DNA of 64,000 nt, taken from NCBI GenBank assembly GCA_905193155.1, contig CAJJNQ010000004.1:3628-67627 (forward strand), read 5' to 3'. The stretch comes from an uncultured Christensenella sp. GTDB lineage: Bacteria; Bacillota; Clostridia; Christensenellales; UBA1750. Under the pieces are notes generated by a model that was not told the origin of the DNA, did no database searches, and worked only from the letters and a program-made list of their open reading frames with translations. The translations under genes and the position numbers were made by a program. Positions 26,475 to 34,062 of this stretch are shown piece by piece; the stretch's first letter is position 1; each line of letters begins with the position of its first letter.

Positions 26475-28982
26475 TTAGTTTTTTTCCTTTTCGGGCAGGA
26501 ACAGCGCCGCCAGGTGCTGCCGCTTGGTGCGCGTGTCGCCCTCGATCTGCAATTTGGCGTAGATTTTATTGATGTATTGCTTGACCGTGCCCTCGGTCAG
26601 ATACAGCTGCGCGGCGATTTCGCGGTTGGTGGCGCGGTTTGCCGCCAGGCGCGCGATGACCAGCTCGCGGTCGGTCAGATCCGACGCGGCCTTCGGACGG
26701 GAAAGACGCGCCAGCAGCGCCCGGCGGCGGGCTTCCGCTTCTGCGCCCAGCTCCCGAATGCGCGCCAGCAGCGCTGGATCGCCCTGCGCGCCGTCCAGCA
26801 AATCGCGGATCCAGCGATAATTTTCCGCAAAGGGGAGCACAATCCCGTCCGGCGCGGCGAGCTTCAGCGCCGCATTCAGCTCGGTCATCGCCTGCGCACG
26901 GCTGCGCAGCGCCGCATAGGCGGCCGCCGCCTGAATGTGCAGATGCAGCGCCACCAGCGCATAGTGCATTTTGCCGCAAATTTCCAGCAGCGAATCGCTC
27001 CGCTCCGCGACCTTTTCCCATTCCCCTTGAGAGAGATAAACCTGGTTTTCAATCATCCGCATCATGGGCTTGGCGGGGTTCAGGATGTTGACGCCATTCA
27101 GCTCATGGGTGAGGAAGGGCGCGGGGACGCGCTCGGGCAGCCCCAGCAGCGCGCAGGCATAGGCGGTCGCGCTGTCGAAGGTGAGCAGCAGCATCGCATC
27201 GCGGCGGTGAAGCAGCGCGCTGCGTGCGTCGGCGGATTCGGGCAGCGGCTGTGCATCTTCCTGCAACAGGGCGCAGCGCAGAAAAAGGTGCCGCACACAT
27301 TGGGCGATGTAGGCCTGATTTTTCTCCTCCGCAACATACCGCGCGCGGGAACCGAGCAGCCGCGCCTTTTGCAAATCGCCGCGCAGATAGGCGGCCTCGG
27401 CTTCCATCACGAGCTCCGCACCCGCCCCGTGCTCCTGCGTTACGCGGTAATAATAGGGCATGGATTCGTTCATCTGCCGCACTTCCTCATCCAGCGCGCC
27501 CGCTTCTCGGTGGAACATCTCCAGCACGGAGGGGGAGCCGAAGGTGAAGGAACCGTAGGTGCGGATGGAGACGGCGGGCCGCGTCATCTGGCGGCAGGCG
27601 CTGCGGTGCAGGGCGCTCATACCCGCGATGTCGTTATAGGCAAGAAAGCTCAGGATGAGGTCGCATTCGCCGCGCAGATTGCCGCGATCCTCGTCCGAAA
27701 GGCCGTTGTTTCCCGCTGCGGCGCATAGCAGCAGCTCCTTCAGCGCCAGCATCTGCCCGTATTTGCCCCACGAAAACAGGCGGCGCATCAGCACCAGCAG
27801 CGCGCGGGGGTGAGCTTTGAGCGCCTCGTCCGGGCAGTGCGCAAGGCCGCGCAGCACATCCTCCGGGTCGGCCGAGGCCAGCTGCACGCCCACGTCCTCC
27901 GCCACCACGCACAGCCAACCGGCGGGGTTGCCGCTCTGCTCATAGGCTGCAAGCGCTTGCAGGTATTGCCCGCTCTGCTCGTACCACGCGCCGTAGCGGT
28001 CGTAGGTTCTGCGCTGCGTTTCCGAACTCAGACGGGAAAACACGCGCCCGGCGCAGGTTTTCATCATGTGGTGGAAGCGATAGGCGCCGCTGTCCGGCAG
28101 GCGGGTGACAAAGGCGTTCTGCTCGGTCAGGCCCGTGAGCATTGTTTCCACGTCGTCCCGCCCCGTGATGCGGCGCGCCATTTCGGCGGTGAACTCGTCC
28201 GCAAGGCTCATCATGGCGAGGAATTCCTGCTCGTCTTCTGCAAGCGGATCGATCAGCGCGGAGGTAAACATCTGATAGATGTCGGAATTTTCATCCGAGA
28301 GCACGCCGCGCTCCGCAAAGGAGCAAAGGCTCAGATAGATGGCGGAAAACCAGCCCTCGCTCGAGCGCAGCAGCGCATCCATCTGCCGGTCGGTCAGCGC
28401 CACGCCGCATTTGCGCGCGTAGATGGAAAGCTCCGTGTGGTTCAGCCGCAGCTGATCCGCGCCGATGCGGTGCAGCCGCCCGCCCAGCCGCACGATCTGC
28501 GCGCCGTCTAAAAAGCGGTCGCGGCTGGCCACAACCAGATGAACGTTGTCCGGCAGCGCCATGGCCAGCGTACACAGGAAGGCGGCGGCGCGTCCATCCC
28601 GCAGGAGATGAAAATCGTCTAAAAAGATGTAGGTCGGCTTTTCACCGGCCAGTTCCCGGCAGAGCTCGTCCACCACCAGCGCCGCCGTGCCCTTATCCGT
28701 TGGGCAGTCGTATTCCGCAAGAAGCGGCAGCCCCGCAAACGAGAAGGCGTTCTGCACGCGCTTCCAGAATACCGCCAGGCTGTCGGAATAGATGCTGATG
28801 CGCAGCACAGCGGCGTTTTCTGTGCGCACACGCCCTTCCAGATACCAGTTTACCGCCGTGGTTTTGCCGTAGCCCATCGGCGCGACCACCGCCGTGATCG
28901 GGCAGGAAGAGATGTACCGAAGCTTTTCCTGAACGCGCTCCGAAATGTATCGTACATTTAGGCGCTGCTTGCTTTTCTGCAT
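26475..28982 (-). CDS. MalT-like large ATP-binding LuxR-family regulator (STAND NTPase + TPR-like region + LuxR HTH)
   Basis: Walker A APMGYGKTT near the N-terminus, Walker B-like IFLDDFH, long helical repeat region, C-terminal LTDRELVIARLAANRATNREIAAQLYLTEGTVKQYINKIYAKLQI. Confidence 0.85.
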   Translation of the reverse strand: MQKSKQRLNVRYISERVQEKLRYISSCPITAVVAPMGYGKTTAVNWYLEGRVRTENAAVLRISIYSDSLAVFWKRVQNAFSFAGLPLLAEYDCPTDKGTAALVVDELCRELAGEKPTYIFLDDFHLLRDGRAAAFLCTLAMALPDNVHLVVASRDRFLDGAQIVRLGGRLHRIGADQLRLNHTELSIYARKCGVALTDRQMDALLRSSEGWFSAIYLSLCSFAERGVLSDENSDIYQMFTSALIDPLAEDEQEFLAMMSLADEFTAEMARRITGRDDVETMLTGLTEQNAFVTRLPDSGAYRFHHMMKTCAGRVFSRLSSETQRRTYDRYGAWYEQSGQYLQALAAYEQSGNPAGWLCVVAEDVGVQLASADPEDVLRGLAHCPDEALKAHPRALLVLMRRLFSWGKYGQMLALKELLLCAAAGNNGLSDEDRGNLRGECDLILSFLAYNDIAGMSALHRSACRQMTRPAVSIRTYGSFTFGSPSVLEMFHREAGALDEEVRQMNESMPYYYRVTQEHGAGAELVMEAEAAYLRGDLQKARLLGSRARYVAEEKNQAYIAQCVRHLFLRCALLQEDAQPLPESADARSALLHRRDAMLLLTFDSATAYACALLGLPERVPAPFLTHELNGVNILNPAKPMMRMIENQVYLSQGEWEKVAERSDSLLEICGKMHYALVALHLHIQAAAAYAALRSRAQAMTELNAALKLAAPDGIVLPFAENYRWIRDLLDGAQGDPALLARIRELGAEAEARRRALLARLSRPKAASDLTDRELVIARLAANRATNREIAAQLYLTEGTVKQYINKIYAKLQIEGDTRTKRQHLAALFLPEKEKN

Positions 28983-29043
28983 GAAACGGAAACTCCTTCC
29001 GCAGAATTTTGTCGGAACAAGAATATCTCAATACGCTGAAAAG

Positions 29044-29052
29044 ATTATATCA
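29044..29052 (-). promoter_or_regulatory. extended -10 (TGaTATAAT) for the LuxR/MalT-like gene
   Basis: The minus strand reads tgatataat about 60 nt upstream of the ATG at 28982. The -35 is weak. Confidence 0.35.
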
Positions 29053-29329
29053 TAAGCGGGATTTCGAGGCTACAGTGAATTAGAAGAGAAATGCTATATT
29101 GATTGAAAAGGCAGGGGGGAGAAAAGCAGCCGATGTTTGAATGAAAATGAAAGAGAAAGCAGGCCGCTTGACGGAATTCCTTCCGCAGGCGGCCTGCCTG
29201 TTTATGAACTTGTTGATGGGCAGTTTTTTTATGAGCAGATGCTGCATGAGGAGCGATGCGGAAAAACGGAACCGGCGCTTTCCTTATTGCATATCAGATA
29301 TTATATAAGGAAGAAAGTCCGCTTATCGG

Positions 29330-29941
29330 TCAGGCGCGGCGCTTCTTTTTGGAGGCGCTGGGCGGGGTCTTGGGTGCTTTGGGCTTCGGCGGTGCGTAGC
29401 GTTCGCTGCGCTTTTCGGCGGTGAAAACGAAGTAGCCGCCGATCTCCTGCATCCGCACCCCGCCGAAGATGGCGGTGAGTTTGTTGCGGTACCAAAGCTC
29501 ACGCTTGACCACCATCACCAGTTTACCGCCGATCTTCAGCCGATTGAAGCCCTTTTCAATGAACTTCTTCGCAACCGAAAAATCCGCGTGGTAAGGCGGG
29601 TTGGAGAGGATCCAGTCAAAGCCGGAGGCATCCACCGCGTCCAGCGCGTCGCCGCAGCAGAGATGCACGTTTTCAACGCCGTTGCGCTTGGCGTTTTCAG
29701 CTGCGCAGCGAACCGCCGCCGGATCGACGTCCGTCATCCAGACATTTTCTTCGCCCAGCACTTTCGCCGCCGCAATGCCCACCAGCCCCGCGCCGCAGCC
29801 GAGATCGAGCAGCTTCTGCCCGGATTCGAGTTCCACGGCGGAAACCATGGAAAGCGTTCCCGTGTCTGCGCCGCGCGGAGAGAAGAGCCCTTCCGTCGTT
29901 TCGATTTCCAGCGGCTGTTTCCAAAGCAAAGCCTGATACAT
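29330..29941 (-). CDS. class I SAM-dependent methyltransferase, RsmC/RsmD-like (methyltransferase small domain)
   Basis: LLDLGCGAGLVG (SAM motif I), ILSNPPYH (NPPY N-methylation motif). Lys/Pro-rich basic C-terminal tail. Confidence 0.8.
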   Translation of the reverse strand: MYQALLWKQPLEIETTEGLFSPRGADTGTLSMVSAVELESGQKLLDLGCGAGLVGIAAAKVLGEENVWMTDVDPAAVRCAAENAKRNGVENVHLCCGDALDAVDASGFDWILSNPPYHADFSVAKKFIEKGFNRLKIGGKLVMVVKRELWYRNKLTAIFGGVRMQEIGGYFVFTAEKRSERYAPPKPKAPKTPPSASKKKRRA

Positions 29942-29971
29942 TCTGCACCTCTTCCGTTCGTTTCTGAATAA

Positions 29972-30007
29972 ATATAAAAAATGCGGTCAATCATAGCAAT
30001 TGACCGC
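29972..30007 (-). terminator. orphan rho-independent terminator upstream of the methyltransferase gene (sRNA end or leader attenuator)
   Basis: 9-bp perfect stem gcggtcaat/attgaccgc (29983-29991 / 29999-30007), then atttttt on the minus strand. It lies 31 nt upstream of the ATG at 29941. Confidence 0.55.
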
Positions 30008-30128
30008 GGCATCCAGTACAGGTATCTTTGGATAGGCGTAGGGAAATGCGCTGATGATACAGCTGAAATAGGCCTGAAATGTGTCAGTTTTCAGATATGA
30101 ATCTAAAGAAGATAACCTGTCTATACAT

Positions 30129-30157
30129 AATATAGCACGAGGGGGGGATGTCGTCAA
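30129..30157 (-). promoter_or_regulatory. sigma-A type promoter on the minus strand inside the non-coding island
   Basis: The minus strand reads TTGACG-acatccccccctcgtgc-TATATT (17-nt spacer containing a C7 run). The predicted start is about 150 nt upstream of the orphan terminator. Confidence 0.45.
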
Positions 30158-30460
30158 TTATTTCTTTGTTAATTCCAGAAGACAAATTGTATAATCGAAT
30201 TGAATCACAGGGGAGAAAAGCGGAAGGGCCTTCAGAATTGCCCGGGAGGGGAATGTTAAGAATGCAAATATTCCTAAAAACGGCGTACTTTGCCTTGCAT
30301 ATGGCAGCGGATCGTTATATAATGTTCTCCGAAAAACGGGCATGGACCGGCGAAGCATTCAAAATTGGCCGGGAAAACGGCTTTTTCAGCGCTCAAAATC
30401 ATAGAACGCTGCCGCAATTTATGCCTGAATGAATGGAAAAAAGGATCTGGAGGAATCGAA

Positions 30461-30883
30461 ATGGGTTACATCAAGTGCCCGCGCTGCGAACTGAACTATA
30501 TGCCTGACACGGAGCGCTACTGCTCCGTCTGCAAGCGCGAGATGCGCGGAGAGGATGAGCACGACGAAATTGAGCTCTGCTCCGCGTGCGGCGAAAACCC
30601 CGTTGTGCCCGGCGAAGAGCTGTGCGCGGCCTGCCTGAAGGAGCTCACCCGTCAGGAGGGCGAAAAAGCCAATGAGGGAGAGGAGAACGTCGTCTCCGAA
30701 GAGGGCGATGTGACCGCGCTGGACGCCACGAGCGATCTGGAAGAGATCGATATCGACGTGGATGAAGACATTCCTTCCACTGAATACAGCGAAATCCACA
30801 AGGAACTCGGCATGGACGACGATGTCGAGGAAGGGGAAGAAGAGGACGGGGAGGAAGACCCGGACGGCGAAAAGAAAGATTAA
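30461..30883 (+). CDS. zinc-ribbon protein with four CxxC motifs and an acidic C-terminal tail
   Basis: ATG 30461 follows ggagga. CPRC, CSVC, CSAC, CAAC within the first 70 aa, then an Asp/Glu-rich tail. The upstream part of the track ORF lies in low-GC non-coding DNA. Confidence 0.65.
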   Translation: MGYIKCPRCELNYMPDTERYCSVCKREMRGEDEHDEIELCSACGENPVVPGEELCAACLKELTRQEGEKANEGEENVVSEEGDVTALDATSDLEEIDIDVDEDIPSTEYSEIHKELGMDDDVEEGEEEDGEEDPDGEKKD

Positions 30884-30903
30884 TCGTAAAGGAGTTCTGA
30901 CGC

Positions 30904-31602
30904 ATGCGCATCTTTGCAATCGGCGATCTGCACCTGCCCGGCGGGCAGCTCAAGCCGATGGATATTTTCGGTGCGCATTGGGAAGGACACTTCGATAAAA
31001 TCTGCGCCGATTGGCGCGCGCGCGTGACCGAAGAGGATGTGGTGCTGCTGCCCGGCGACCTTTCCTGGGCGATGACGCTGGAGGAGGCCGCGCCCGATCT
31101 TGCAGCCATCTGCACTTTGCCGGGGCGGAAGATCCTGCTGCGCGGCAACCACGATTACTGGTGGTCGTCCATCACCAGGGTGCGCGGACTGCTGCCGGCG
31201 GGCAATTACGCGCTGCAAAACGACGCGCTGGCGATCGATGGCGCCGTCTTTGCCGGGTCGCGCGGCTGGACGGTCGTGCCGGAAAATTCGACCAATGCGC
31301 AGGAGCTGAAGATCTACCGCCGCGAACTGATGCGGCTGGAGTTCTCCCTTCAGAGCGCACAGAAGCTCTCGCAGGGGCGGCCCATCGTGGCGATGCTCCA
31401 CTTTCCTCCCTTTGGGGACAGAAAAGAGGGCAGCGGCTTTACCGAACTGCTCGAAAAATACGGCGTGAATACCTGTGTTTACGGCCATCTGCACGGCGAA
31501 GGGCTGCGCACCGCCTTCAACGGCGAGAAAAACGGTGTAAAATACGCCTGCACCTCCTGCGACGGGCTGGGTTTCCGCCTGCTGGAGCTGACAGAGGTGT
31601 AA
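30904..31602 (+). CDS. metallophosphoesterase (calcineurin-like)
   Basis: IGDLH, PGDLS, RGNHD, LHFPP, YGHLH. The canonical metallophosphoesterase motif series. Confidence 0.85.
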   Translation: MRIFAIGDLHLPGGQLKPMDIFGAHWEGHFDKICADWRARVTEEDVVLLPGDLSWAMTLEEAAPDLAAICTLPGRKILLRGNHDYWWSSITRVRGLLPAGNYALQNDALAIDGAVFAGSRGWTVVPENSTNAQELKIYRRELMRLEFSLQSAQKLSQGRPIVAMLHFPPFGDRKEGSGFTELLEKYGVNTCVYGHLHGEGLRTAFNGEKNGVKYACTSCDGLGFRLLELTEV

Positions 31603-31623
31603 AAGCTTCATCAAAAAGCCTTG

Positions 31624-31664
31624 ACCGGTCTGCAATTTCGTAGGAAATTGCAGACCGGTTTTTC
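31624..31664 (+). terminator. rho-independent terminator before the dcw cluster
   Basis: 15-bp perfect stem accggtctgcaattt/aaattgcagaccggt followed by ttttt. Confidence 0.8.
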
Positions 31665-31725
31665 TGTTTATTTTTCACAAAAAAATTTTGGACGATTGAA
31701 AAATCACGCAGGAAAAACGGTCGAA

Positions 31726-31770
31726 GTGGAGAATATATACCTTCAAGTGGTGCGATGTGGCAGATCGTGG
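31726..31770 (+). promoter_or_regulatory. array of GTGG direct repeats (candidate MraZ operator) upstream of mraZ
   Basis: GTGG at 31726, 31747, 31757 and 31767. The last three have an exact 10-bp period, just downstream of an AT-rich -10-like tatata (31734-31739). Confidence 0.55.
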
Positions 31771-31819
31771 CAAGCGCACCCTCAATTTAAGCGGCGCTTT
31801 GCCGCTCTGTGGAAGGAGG

Positions 31820-32224
31820 ATGAACCCTGTGGCCGATCGCTATTCCGGTTATTATGAACACAGTCTCGACCCCAAGGGCCGCATCACCATCCCTTCCAAA
31901 TTCCGCGACCAGCTGGGCAAGACCATCGCCATGATGCGCGGCAAGGGCGGCTGCATCGAGCTGTATTCCCTCACCGAGTGGAACGCCGTTTACGAAAAAT
32001 TCGAAAAAATAGATGAAAACGATGAGGAAGCCTACAACCGCATGAGAAAGCTGTTGGCGACCTCGGTGGACGATAACGAGATGGACCGCCAGGGGCGATT
32101 GCTTGTCCCCACCACGCTGCGGGCCTACGCCAAACTGGAAAAGGACGTGGTCATCTCCGGCGCAGGCCGCCACGTCGAGGTTTGGAATCGCGACGATTTC
32201 TTCCGCTTTATTGAGGAGACATAA
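31820..32224 (+). CDS. mraZ: transcriptional regulator MraZ
   Basis: Two DxxxR-type SpoVT/AbrB repeats (LDPKGRITIPSKFR, MDRQGRLLVPTTLR). The start is ambiguous: ATG 31820 abuts the RBS, and GTG 31829 has better spacing. Confidence 0.9.
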   Translation: MNPVADRYSGYYEHSLDPKGRITIPSKFRDQLGKTIAMMRGKGGCIELYSLTEWNAVYEKFEKIDENDEEAYNRMRKLLATSVDDNEMDRQGRLLVPTTLRAYAKLEKDVVISGAGRHVEVWNRDDFFRFIEET

Positions 32225-33163
32225 ATGGAATTCAAACATATTCCCGTCATGCTGGAGCCCTGCATGGAGCTGCTGGGGCTGGAACGGCATCCCGACGGCG
32301 TGTTCGTGGACGGCACGCTGGGCGGCGGCGGGCACACGCAGGAGATCCTGTCGCGCACGCGCGGAAAGGTTCTGGGCATCGACCGGGACTGGGAGGCGCT
32401 GAGGGCGGCGGGGGAGCGCCTTGCGTCTTTTGGCGACCGCTTTGTTCCGCTTCACGGAAATTATGCGAACATCGCTTCGCTTTTGCACGAAGCGGGCTAT
32501 GATTCGATGGACGGCATGCTGATGGATCTGGGCGTTTCGTCCTATCAGCTGGACAACCCCGAGCGCGGGTTTTCGTTTCACACCGATGCGCCGCTGGACA
32601 TGCGCATGGATCAGACCGCGCCGCTGACCGCTGAAATCGTGCTCAACACCTATTCCGAAAAGGAACTGGCGCGCATCATCTCGCTCTACGGAGAAGAAAA
32701 GTGGGCTGTGCGCATCGCAAAGTTCATCGTTGCGGCGCGCCCCTTGCATACAACGATGGATCTGGTGCGCGTCATTGACGCCGCTGTGCCGGCCGCCGAG
32801 CGGCGCAAGGTGTCCCATCCGGCGCGGCGCACCTTCCAGGCCATTCGCATTGAGGTCAATTCCGAGCTTTCCCTGCTGGAACCCGCTCTGCGCGACGCGG
32901 TTTCGTGCTTAAAACCCGGCGGGCGGCTGGTGGTGATCACCTTCCATTCGCTGGAGGATCGCATCGTCAAGCAGACCTTCCACAATCTGCAATATCCCTG
33001 CACCTGCCCGCCCAAAGCGCCGGTGTGCATCTGCGGCAAGAAGCCGCAGGGCTTCGTGGTGACGCGCAAGCCCGTGCTGCCGACCGAAGAGGAGTGCGAA
33101 ATCAATCCCCGCTCCCACAGCGCCAAGGTGCGCGCCTTTGAAAAGATTTCCCCGGAAGCCTGA
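32225..33163 (+). CDS. rsmH: 16S rRNA (cytosine1402-N4)-methyltransferase
   Basis: HIPVML, DGTLGGGGH, DLGVSSYQLD, ITFHSLEDRIVK. Confidence 0.95.
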   Translation: MEFKHIPVMLEPCMELLGLERHPDGVFVDGTLGGGGHTQEILSRTRGKVLGIDRDWEALRAAGERLASFGDRFVPLHGNYANIASLLHEAGYDSMDGMLMDLGVSSYQLDNPERGFSFHTDAPLDMRMDQTAPLTAEIVLNTYSEKELARIISLYGEEKWAVRIAKFIVAARPLHTTMDLVRVIDAAVPAAERRKVSHPARRTFQAIRIEVNSELSLLEPALRDAVSCLKPGGRLVVITFHSLEDRIVKQTFHNLQYPCTCPPKAPVCICGKKPQGFVVTRKPVLPTEEECEINPRSHSAKVRAFEKISPEA

Positions 33164-33221
33164 AAACCCGCTTTGCAACAAAGCGGCTGCATCAAACGTT
33201 TAAAAAAAGGAGGACGACGCC

Positions 33222-33938
33222 ATGCCGGTCTACAAGCGCAATCCCGGATTGGACGCGGACGACTACTACGTCAGCGGTGCGACGGTTCGCCGCAGCGCGC
33301 GTTCCTCCGTGCAGGAGCCGTCCACCCGCCGTGTGCCGGACAACCGCGCCGAGCTGTTTCCCTCGCGGCAAAGCCCCGCAACACAGCGCCGTTCCGCGCA
33401 AAATGCGAACATCCGTCCGCAGCGCCGCCCGGAGCCCCTGCGCGACACCCGGTCCTTTCAGGATCGCCGCCGCGCCGATCCGCCCAGAGCGTATTATTCC
33501 GCGGAACCCGCTAACCAGCGCCTCACCCGCGCCGAGGTCAACCACCGCACCGTGCAGCAGCACGCCTTCCGTCGTGCCGAGCAGGAGCGCCTGCGCCGCG
33601 AGCAGGAGGAGCGCCAGCAGCGCGAAAATGAGGAAGAAGCGCGCCGCCGCCGTCAGCACCGCATCCAGACGCTGTTCGCCTTTGTGAGCATCGTGCTGGT
33701 GGTCGCCGTGGCGGGAGGCATCTTTTCGCTCCTGGTGCGCTACACCAAGATCGAGCAGATGATTGTGGAGCAGCGCAAGCTCACCGCGGAGATCGACGAT
33801 CAGCAAAAGCGCCTGGAGGAGCTTCAGGTCGAAATCAATAGGCAGGGCAATATCGCCCAGATTCAGGACTATGCGCGGCAGAACCTGAATATGGATTATG
33901 CACAGAAGGAAAACACCCGCGTCATCGCTCTGCCGTAA
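33222..33938 (+). CDS. FtsL-like cell-division protein with a long Arg-rich N-terminal extension
   Basis: Position between rsmH and the PBP gene. Single TM (LFAFVSIVLVVAVAGGIFSLLV), then a coiled-coil and a septum-formation-initiator-like tail. About 150 aa of low-complexity R/Q/E/P sequence precede the TM. Confidence 0.6.
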   Translation: MPVYKRNPGLDADDYYVSGATVRRSARSSVQEPSTRRVPDNRAELFPSRQSPATQRRSAQNANIRPQRRPEPLRDTRSFQDRRRADPPRAYYSAEPANQRLTRAEVNHRTVQQHAFRRAEQERLRREQEERQQRENEEEARRRRQHRIQTLFAFVSIVLVVAVAGGIFSLLVRYTKIEQMIVEQRKLTAEIDDQQKRLEELQVEINRQGNIAQIQDYARQNLNMDYAQKENTRVIALP

Positions 33939-34062
33939 GGGTGCTTTTCCGCAAGGACAAAAGACACAGAACGAGAAGAGATCATTTTGCGGCGTAACCG
34001 ATAAAAACAGAAAGAGGTGCGTTCATTTTTCATCCAGTCCGCAGAAAGGAGCCTGCCGATCT

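Noticed and set aside
29137-29424. The 95-aa ORF in the spacer between the LuxR-like and methyltransferase genes.
   Set aside because: It has no RBS. It crosses a terminator-like hairpin (about 29160-29200) and overlaps the methyltransferase 3' end in antisense.
30200-30290. A c-di-AMP (ydaO-type) riboswitch in the zinc-ribbon gene leader (GAAUCACAGGGGAG...CCCGGGAGGGGAAUG).
   Set aside because: Only the short GAAUC/GGGGA words match. The conserved ACCCA, CCGA and AGCUAACCUCGUAAGCG segments, as I recall them, are absent.
30148-30432. The 94-aa ORF (and a nested 56-aa version starting MQIFLKTAYF..) in the low-GC island.
   Set aside because: Its AT-rich codon usage is unlike every confident gene in the window. 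RBS spacing is poor for the first ATG, and there is no recognisable motif. I treated it as non-coding, though a small-protein gene cannot be fully excluded.
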